The notes under the pieces are model-generated. The model worked only from the letters and a program-made list of their open reading frames with translations. It was not told where the DNA came from and made no database searches. 56,501 bases of DNA from the IMG/VR virus record IMGVR_UViG_3300045988_086774, positions 1 to 56,501 of that record, one strand, 5' to 3'. This DNA comes from a virus. Every line of letters begins with the position of its first letter. The first letter of the stretch is position 1. Shown here piece after piece: positions 50,701 through 56,501 of the stretch. The translations under genes and the position numbers were made by a program.

Positions 50701-51670
50701 TCAGGTTCTTGGATAAGATATACGCTTTATCGCTTGCCAGACCGAACGAAGTTGCAAGGCTTTGGATCGTAGCAATGTTTGTCATTGCTTCTGTCGGGTC
50801 GATGCCAAGCAGAGACTCCATCTTATTGATAAGCTCTGTTGCTTGACCGCTTAACTCGCCCATTGCGTTATTGAACAAGTCTGTTGCTTCATAAAAGTCA
50901 TTGAACTTAGTAACGGCATTGGCAAGATAAGTGGCGATAGCTTTCAGAGAAACTAGCTGTGCTGCACGTTTCTTGATGGTTTCTAACTGGCTTGCCAAGC
51001 TTGAAAGGCTAGTACTTGCTTTCTGGTTTGCCGAAGAAAAGCGGGTTGTAGAATTGACAGCACTTTTAATTTTAGATGGAAGTGAAGAAAAAGAGCGCCC
51101 TACCTTGTCCAGCTTGGAAGCGAGTGGAGAAATAGCGGATGCCACTTTCTTACAAACTTCCGCAAAATCATCAAGCGTTTTAGAGTCCAGCTTCTTTGTA
51201 ATGTTTGGGATTTTAGCAATGGAATTGATTGCACTGCTTACGCCACGCAAACTCTTAATGGAAGAATCGCTAATAGAAGAAATAGGGGAAAGGCCGTTCT
51301 TCAAGCTGTTCATCTTGCTGCCAAGTCCTGAAAAATCCATGTTTCCAAGATTGACGGACGAAATTTTGTTCAAAGCATTAGCAACAGAGCGGATGCCTTT
51401 TGCGCTTTGAGTAAGGTCTACATTAGCAAGACCGTTCATAAAAGACGTGATTTTGCTAAGACCGTCCAGCCCAGTAGATGCGGATTTAAGAGCGGAAATA
51501 GAAGCAGATAACTTATCAAGACTACTGCAAACCTTTGCCACGTTGCCCTTTGTCCGCAAATTAGAAATGGCGGTAGCGAGCTTGTCGATATTAAGCTCCG
51601 CACCGCTGGATTCCGCAGAGATTTCTACGGATAAGCTTGTAATATCAACATCAGCCATCACTACCACCAT
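47714..51670 (-). CDS. Tail tape measure protein
   Basis: 1318 aa, helical and repetitive; follows the G/GT chaperone pair. Confidence 0.9.
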   Translation of the reverse strand: MVVVMADVDITSLSVEISAESSGAELNIDKLATAISNLRTKGNVAKVCSSLDKLSASISALKSASTGLDGLSKITSFMNGLANVDLTQSAKGIRSVANALNKISSVNLGNMDFSGLGSKMNSLKNGLSPISSISDSSIKSLRGVSSAINSIAKIPNITKKLDSKTLDDFAEVCKKVASAISPLASKLDKVGRSFSSLPSKIKSAVNSTTRFSSANQKASTSLSSLASQLETIKKRAAQLVSLKAIATYLANAVTKFNDFYEATDLFNNAMGELSGQATELINKMESLLGIDPTEAMTNIATIQSLATSFGLASDKAYILSKNLTQLAYDESSYWNKDTATTFTAIASAISGELEPIRRLGVDLSQARLQQELLALGFNKQVSSLSQADKAVLRYIAIMKQTTNIQGNLAQTISSPANMVRILKSEISQLAKAVGQLLYPAFKAILPVLIAAVDLIKEFVVSLASVFGQKIEFTDFSKTQKDIGGVSDAMDDAADATKAAAKAAKDYTMGFDELNIIDPSQNSGSSGSGGGDATGNLLGDVDLSQYDMFKDYAGSAVDEIKAKLKSLDSFQIGTQIGEQLNKLMGMIYDAIHSVDWVSLGTVFADGVNGLVDSVDWDLFGRLLADRFIIEFELLGGFLSRLDWTSVLNAFIDGFSGFFHELSDWIATVDWTGVGKQLTDKLSDAFQNVEIEKLARVLFNFITDSINAVADFLAGTDSYQLGQDLVDFAIRAVTSVDWAGLAQAIGRFFGEAFIEALDFMGGLVSRIADYFEKKVAEGPFDNVGLNIVYGIYYGIQDAITNVASWIVENVFNPFINGFKSAFGINSPSTVMAEQGGYIIAGLKKGITDAISSVTETAKKILSAIKSAFDNFSLFDIGKNLIQGLIDGVNNMIETAKNAVANVGNAVIDKVKNVLGIHSPSTVFAEIGGYIDQGLANGIAAAVPCVTAAMQSVVNAGQEKGQALIDAGSTQATNYVTGFLNGLDTQWQQIDQSLQSDFFGSIGTLWDAISNGDLEKLGTWAASYFYHAMDDEQRKQIKSIANNSLQWLTQGLSSVWNNIAGMASSFISQFVPSAMAATSAQTSLNIAMDANPVMLVISLIGMLVGALVNFANKNKSIASFLSNLWYGIGDFFSIVFEGILRVLGTAIQGIVAGINALIDARNFFNPFDKWGHISNPLYDWADNVASSRAESQRKRQEAANSGFDDSKDPTNYEQQYKELQEKYKNGSYPGTKEWDKNNGTSSGSYGSTTSVNVNINEEEMRESVYNGTYNAFLDIFQRYGDELTGGKELKIYLDGKQITASVEKRQNARGQSLMGSEVYSY

Positions 51671-52408
51671 CCTTTTGCTCCATCATGGAGAACATCATAC
51701 GTTTGATTCGCTCCTGTGCTTCCGCAGCACGTTGGTATTCATACTCTTCCTTCTCCTTTTGCGTAAGGGGAATCGGTCTATCCATGTACTTGATGGGCCT
51801 AGACCCTTTCTTTCGGAACATATTGCCAACCGTAGAGGAAAGCGCGGATGCCATGTAAAAACCGTTTCTCCATGCTTCTGCATTGGCTCTGCGTTCTCGC
51901 AGCTCCTCTGCGTCACGGTATACCTTAGCCAGCCAGACATCACCGTGCCAGAACTGCTCGTAGGTCATACCGATAGAGATGTAATAGGCTTCTACATCGT
52001 GGAACAGCTTGGAGAAGGAAAATGGCTCTTCCTCTCCGTCCGTTTCCTGAGATTGTGCGGTTACACAATCTCCCACGTTGCGTTTTTTGCGGTCTTGTCC
52101 TCAGTATCAGTTGCCAGCAGAGACTTGGAAGCGTCCATGAACATCTCAAGCAAAACGCCCATCAGGTCTTCCTTATCCTCGATGTGCTGGAACATTTCGT
52201 CCACGACCTTGCGCTTGATGCCCTTGTTTCGTGCGATGAAAGCGCCGTAAAACAGGGCGCGGGAGTTGGACAGCAGGTTGGTCATCTGAGTGTACTGGCC
52301 AATCTGAAAGCCTGCACGTTCGGTAGCTTCCACGCTGTCACGGGTGAAAGTCAGTTCATAAGTGTTCTTGCCATCGGGGGAATGAAAGTTGATAACCTTT
52401 GCAGCCAT
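51651..52408 (-). CDS. Tail assembly chaperone GT fusion product (by -1 frameshift)
   Basis: The frame of 52061..52408 joins the frame of 51651..52076 at A_AAA_AAC. Confidence 0.7.
52061..52408 (-). CDS. Tail assembly chaperone (gpG-like)
   Basis: 115 aa between the major tail and tape measure genes. Confidence 0.7.
   Translation of the reverse strand: MAAKVINFHSPDGKNTYELTFTRDSVEATERAGFQIGQYTQMTNLLSNSRALFYGAFIARNKGIKRKVVDEMFQHIEDKEDLMGVLLEMFMDASKSLLATDTEDKTAKNATWEIV
52082..52088 (-). other. Programmed -1 ribosomal frameshift slippery heptamer A_AAA_AAC
   Basis: The minus strand reads GCA AAA AAC six codons before the gpG stop. The -1 frame stays open for a further 140 codons. Confidence 0.75.
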
Positions 52409-52492
52409 AATAAATGCTCTCCTTTATAAATAGGGGCAGAACCAAATCCGCTGTTCAGTTCTGCCCGGTTTGATTGATTCGATTTTTGCGGT

Positions 52493-52930
52493 TTAGCCGC
52501 CAGCAACAGTCAGGGTCTCGCTGAACTCAGGCTTCTTGGTGAAGATGCAGTTGATGGTCATTTCCACAACCTCGTCCACGCCAAAGCCGGACAGACCAAC
52601 CTGATGCATACCCTGCCAAGTGAAGCCGGAGCCGTCCTGCATCTTCAGGGCGTAATACTTCACGGTGTTGCTCTCGGAAGTCTCATCGTAGCCAGCCTCC
52701 TTGACCTTCTTGTAGTCAGTCTTGTTGTAGTTGGCAGTAAAGGACTTGGTGTCACTCTGGATGATGCCAAAGATGTTGACCTGCATGGGGTCAGACAGAG
52801 TGGTGGCATCCAGAAGGTTCGGCTCGGAGATCAGGTCGGGCACATCCTTGATGTCGCACAGCTTCGTCAGAGCGGTTGCGCTGTCGCCACAATACAGGGT
52901 GGTATTCAGACCGGAGATAGCAGTACTCAT
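52493..52930 (-). CDS. Major tail (tube) protein
   Basis: 145 aa, beta-rich; position upstream of the chaperones. Confidence 0.6.
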   Translation of the reverse strand: MSTAISGLNTTLYCGDSATALTKLCDIKDVPDLISEPNLLDATTLSDPMQVNIFGIIQSDTKSFTANYNKTDYKKVKEAGYDETSESNTVKYYALKMQDGSGFTWQGMHQVGLSGFGVDEVVEMTINCIFTKKPEFSETLTVAGG

Positions 52931-52945
52931 AGAATGTTTACCTCC

Positions 52946-53347
52946 TTAGTTTCGGTAAATCATTCCGTCCTCTCCGATTGTTGCCCCATAGCTGCAATCA
53001 ATCCGATAGACGGAATTGTTGTACAGCCCATTCAACGGGGCAAACGATTTGCGATAAAATTTAAGCGGTTCAAGAACAGAATCCACGATTCCAACGATGG
53101 AACGTGCTTCTGCAATGCGCCCGGTGTTCTTGTTGGAGTAAACGCGAACACGCAAGGAAACGGCAGCGTATTTGCTGTGACCAGCAGAATCAATGTGTAC
53201 AGGAAGATTGCTGTTTTCCTCTATCTGCACACACGGAAACTTTTTGACATTGCTGTCATTGATTTCACCAGTAACGAAGATGCCGGGAACTTGCTTTCGC
53301 AGCTCCTTAGCAACAGCCGTGAAGATAGAATTGAAATAATCAATCAA
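52946..53347 (-). CDS. Tail completion / tail terminator-type protein
   Basis: 133 aa; call rests on position. Confidence 0.45.
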   Translation of the reverse strand: MIDYFNSIFTAVAKELRKQVPGIFVTGEINDSNVKKFPCVQIEENSNLPVHIDSAGHSKYAAVSLRVRVYSNKNTGRIAEARSIVGIVDSVLEPLKFYRKSFAPLNGLYNNSVYRIDCSYGATIGEDGMIYRN

Positions 53348-53871
53348 CTATTCCAAACCTCCCTCCACGTTGCTTCAACTTGAGAAGCCATTTCCTCAAC
53401 AGCCCCCCACATAGCCATAGCCGGTTCGTTGCCGCTGGTGTAATTCAGCTGACCTTTTCCATCTACCTGTTTGACAGGCGTACCAGCATTGCCAGATTCT
53501 CCGTAGTAGTACCATCTGCGGTTTGCGCCTTGCCCTTTGCCGTAGGAGCCATGCGCACCAACACCGGGCGGCAACTCACCGCCATATCCGTTGTGATGTG
53601 CGCCAGTGCCAAACTCGATGAACGCAACTGCCTTTCCGTGCGCTACGATTGCAAAGCCATTTGGCGTTTGCACCGGGTCGTGCTCAACTGTTACGTCATT
53701 GTCACCAGCATACTGTGCGTTAGCAAACCGTACAGTTGCAACGTCAATGCCTTTTTGCGCTAACGCCTTTGCAAACTCTTGCGCCTTTTTGCTCAGGGTG
53801 GCCTTGTACTCCTGTATCTGACGTTCCGCATCACGAAGTCCGGCATCGCTCAACCTCACTTTAATTTTCAC
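53344..53871 (-). CDS. HK97 gp10-like head-tail joining protein
   Basis: AFIEFGTGAHHNGY motif; 175 aa. Confidence 0.55.
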   Translation of the reverse strand: MKIKVRLSDAGLRDAERQIQEYKATLSKKAQEFAKALAQKGIDVATVRFANAQYAGDNDVTVEHDPVQTPNGFAIVAHGKAVAFIEFGTGAHHNGYGGELPPGVGAHGSYGKGQGANRRWYYYGESGNAGTPVKQVDGKGQLNYTSGNEPAMAMWGAVEEMASQVEATWREVWNS

Positions 53872-54238
53872 TTGCAGCCACCTCCTTCAGCGCATACAAC
53901 GTGTCTGTAATATGCTCTGCGACCTTGACCACAGTGTAATTGAACGGCTTTGAAACGTCCGTCTGAAACCAGACGTGTGTGCCCTCATAAAGCGGCGTGT
54001 TGCGCTTTTTGCTGGGCGAACTGACCACATAGCTGTAATCCGTGAATGCTCCAAAAGGGTTTGCTTCCGCAGAACCAGTAGGGGGGCTGACGTTCAGCAT
54101 CAGTTTTGCGGGGTCGCTCCACGATTCGTATGTGGATTCGCCAGTCTCGTTTCCCCACTCGTCCACAACAGGTTTTTTCTCGCCAATGGGGTTTGAATAC
54201 CACAGCGGACGCTTGTCCAGCGGGCTTCCATTGAACAT
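53861..54238 (-). CDS. Head closure / head-tail adaptor protein
   Basis: 125 aa; call rests on position. Confidence 0.45.
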   Translation of the reverse strand: MFNGSPLDKRPLWYSNPIGEKKPVVDEWGNETGESTYESWSDPAKLMLNVSPPTGSAEANPFGAFTDYSYVVSSPSKKRNTPLYEGTHVWFQTDVSKPFNYTVVKVAEHITDTLYALKEVAASEN

Positions 54239-54582
54239 CAGTCGATAACACCTACTCTCGGAACCACTTCGTTCAGCAGGGACTGTGCCACATCAGAGCT
54301 TTCCCACACACGAGTGATACCGTTGTTGGTATAGCTCGTCTGTCCATTTGCGCCGATGTGGTTGTACAGTTCCGCTGCAATGCGTATCTGCAACGACTGA
54401 TACTGCAAGGGCAGCTCGTCCGGTCTGTTGCCGAAGGGGTAGCCCTGTGCAAATATCTTGTCTTTGGCGAAATCAAGCAGCAGGTCGAAGAGTGGGTAGT
54501 CCTCGTCCGTGACTTCACGGTCAAGTGCAGGAGCGATGTACTGCCCCAGCTTGACTGCCGCTTCGGAATACTGGTCTCCCAT
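54238..54582 (-). CDS. gp6-like head-tail connector protein
   Basis: 114 aa directly after the capsid gene. Confidence 0.5.
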   Translation of the reverse strand: MGDQYSEAAVKLGQYIAPALDREVTDEDYPLFDLLLDFAKDKIFAQGYPFGNRPDELPLQYQSLQIRIAAELYNHIGANGQTSYTNNGITRVWESSDVAQSLLNEVVPRVGVID

Positions 54583-54602
54583 GCTGCTTTCCTCCTTTCG
54601 CC

Positions 54603-55679
54603 TTAGTAAGCCTTGATGCAGTACACAGCGTCCATGCGCTCAAAGGACGGCAGGACGATTTCGGAAGCGTAGACGTTGGCGTTGACCGGATGAACGGTCA
54701 GCTCGGTGGTGATGGCAACGCCAGTGTTCACGATGGACACGGATGCGCCAGACTGACCGGACAGCAGGTCGGCTTCCTCAGGGGTAGTGCCGTACCAAGT
54801 TCTGCCCAGAGCGCCGGACGGAGCAACCACCACCATGCCGTCAGGCAGGTACTTTTCGCTTGCACTGTACTGGTCTGCCTTGAACATCTTGTCATACAGA
54901 TGAATGGTCAGACCGGTTGCAGATTCGATAATCTGCCGAGCTTCGGCATCCAGCAGAACGGCGTTTGCCTTTGCGGTGACGGTCATAAACCGATTCTTCA
55001 CCTCGTCCGCAGCAATCATGTTGCGGAAGGTAGCTGTGTTCATGTACACCTCAGTCACGACCTCGCCAACGCTTGCCAGAACAGCGTCCTTTGCGGCGTT
55101 CAGGTCAGCAATGGGGGTGGCGGTGGTGACGTTCCACTTGGACTTTGCGGCAGAGACTTCCTTGTAGTTGGTGGACTTCCAAGTACCGTCCGGGTCGTAA
55201 TTGTAGGTGTAGTTCACGCCGTTTGCCTTGATGGTGATGCCGGGAACGCCATTGGCGGGAGCCAGAAGCTGCCAGATCATGCGCTCAGGCACGATGCGTG
55301 CGCCGGTGATAAGCTGTGCGGTGTCATCATACAGGCGGTTCATCACGTCACGAGCATAGGGGTCGTTGCTGTCCAGAACGCGCAGGATTTCCTGACGGTC
55401 TTTCTCGCCCAGATGGTAGCCCTCACGGAAGAACGGCATCTCGGTCTCATCGAACTTGAAGCCCTCACGGGTGCGGAACGTAGCCTTTGCGTCAAATGCG
55501 CTGGGCATCAGAGACACGCCAACGCCCTTGTGACCACGCAGCCACTTCAGGTCAAGACCGGCCTTCTTCTTTGCAGGGAACAGTGCATCAGATGCGAAAG
55601 GCATCGCATTGGTAGGGTCATTCGTCCAATAGGCGGCAATCGCAGCCGGGGCAAAGACTTCCTTAAGATTCAGTGCCAT
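54603..55679 (-). CDS. Major capsid protein (lambda gpE-like family)
   Basis: 358 aa; MALNLKEVFAPAAIAAYWTN...SLMPSAFDAKATFRTREGF...TWYGTTPEEADL. Preceded by decoration and scaffold genes. Confidence 0.85.
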   Translation of the reverse strand: MALNLKEVFAPAAIAAYWTNDPTNAMPFASDALFPAKKKAGLDLKWLRGHKGVGVSLMPSAFDAKATFRTREGFKFDETEMPFFREGYHLGEKDRQEILRVLDSNDPYARDVMNRLYDDTAQLITGARIVPERMIWQLLAPANGVPGITIKANGVNYTYNYDPDGTWKSTNYKEVSAAKSKWNVTTATPIADLNAAKDAVLASVGEVVTEVYMNTATFRNMIAADEVKNRFMTVTAKANAVLLDAEARQIIESATGLTIHLYDKMFKADQYSASEKYLPDGMVVVAPSGALGRTWYGTTPEEADLLSGQSGASVSIVNTGVAITTELTVHPVNANVYASEIVLPSFERMDAVYCIKAY

Positions 55680-55695
55680 GTTGTTTTACCTCCTA

Positions 55696-56064
55696 TTAAG
55701 CGTTCACGCTGATGTTTTCACGGCAGAAGATGCCAGGAACGGCGGTCTTGAGTGCCTTGATTGCGTCAGCGTCAAAGGTGAAGCTTGAACTTGCTGCTGC
55801 CTTCTTAGTGTCGATAACGCCACGAATCAGCAGGGAAGCATTGGGGTTCTCTGCCGGGTCAACGTCATACAGCAGGATGCCGTCAGCGTTGATCGTCTTA
55901 GAACCAGTCTCGCCAGCAGCAACAGCTTTCTTGCCAGCCAGCGTCATGGGATAGCCAGCCTTAACCGCAGCAGTTTCGGTCACGGTAAAGGGAATGGCAG
56001 TGTAGTCATTGGAAGCAAGGATGGTATCGTTGATTCCGTTGACCGTATTTCGGGTAAACTTCAT
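55696..56064 (-). CDS. Head decoration-type protein
   Basis: ATG 56064 behind AAGGAGGAAAAC. 122 aa; GILLYDVDPAENPNASLLIRGVID. Confidence 0.5.
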   Translation of the reverse strand: MKFTRNTVNGINDTILASNDYTAIPFTVTETAAVKAGYPMTLAGKKAVAAGETGSKTINADGILLYDVDPAENPNASLLIRGVIDTKKAAASSSFTFDADAIKALKTAVPGIFCRENISVNA

Positions 56065-56077
56065 GTTTTCCTCCTTG

Positions 56078-56501
56078 TTAATGGAAAGCACTCATTGCGT
56101 CACTCGATGCCTTAGAAGTATTTGCGTTCTGCTGTGCAAGGCTCTTGGCAAACGCCACGCCTTCGCTGTCAGAGCCGCCCTTGCCATCCGCACCCGGAGG
56201 CGTAGGCATATCCTTCAGCAGAGAAGCCTTATATGCGGTGTCATGGACGGTCATAAACTCCGACTGGAACTTAAACACCTTGTCCATGTCGCCGTCAGCC
56301 AGTGCAGATGCAGCCTTGCCAGCCAGTTCAGCATCATAACCCTGTGCAACGAACTTCTCACGGTAAGATGCAAGGGTCTTTTCTTTGACGAGGTTTTCCT
56401 TGTCGGCAGTCAGGGATTCAATCTGCTTCTGCATCTCCGCCAGCCTGTCAGCCTGTTCCTGTGCGGCGTTCTCGTCATCAGTACGCTTTGCTTTGAGCTG
56501 C
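56078..56501 (-). CDS. Scaffolding protein, C-terminal part (see 1..235)
   Basis: Open frame runs to the window end and continues in frame at 1..235 through the 77-bp overlap. Confidence 0.75.
   Translation of the reverse strand, partial: QLKAKRTDDENAAQEQADRLAEMQKQIESLTADKENLVKEKTLASYREKFVAQGYDAELAGKAASALADGDMDKVFKFQSEFMTVHDTAYKASLLKDMPTPPGADGKGGSDSEGVAFAKSLAQQNANTSKASSDAMSAFH
56425..56501. repeat. Second copy of the 77-bp terminal overlap
   Basis: Identical to 1..77. Confidence 0.95.

Overview
The first 77 nt are identical to the last 77 nt, so this window is one closed circular element of 56,424 bp. It reads as a tailed (siphovirus-type) temperate phage of a Gram-positive, probably clostridial, host; nearly all genes have AGGAGG-type ribosome binding sites. 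No integrase is visible. Instead it carries a plasmid-style maintenance block: a Rep_3-like initiator with 22-bp iterons and a DnaA box, ParA, an RHH protein and a small serine resolvase. I therefore read it as a phage-plasmid. On the minus strand, the late operon runs from terL (4984) across the junction through portal, scaffold, decoration protein, E-type capsid, connectors, tail tube, G/GT chaperone with an A_AAA_AAC frameshift site, a 1318-aa tape measure, tail tip and fibre genes, a GH25 lysin and holins (to 41210). The early operon runs from 30704 to 13912: Cro-like protein, Rha antirepressor, ERF, SSB, methyltransferases, RecU, PAPS-reductase-like protein, TerS, Lar, DnaB and a RepA_N initiator. 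The features I consider most worth follow-up:
- a C5-methyltransferase with permuted motif order (IV-X, then I-II) that also contains a 220-codon open alternative frame;
- a 20 x 10-bp phased repeat array lying inside the open reading frame of the RHH partition protein;
- two tRNA-like genes with broken anticodon arms, alongside a phage-encoded RtcB ligase;
- a 13-copy ATAGTCG array within 1.3 kb of non-coding DNA next to the second replication module;
- a five-gene post-lysis cluster encoding Q/P-rich, Gly-rich membrane and Cys-rich proteins.
All calls come from reading the sequence and ORF translations. No database searches were run.
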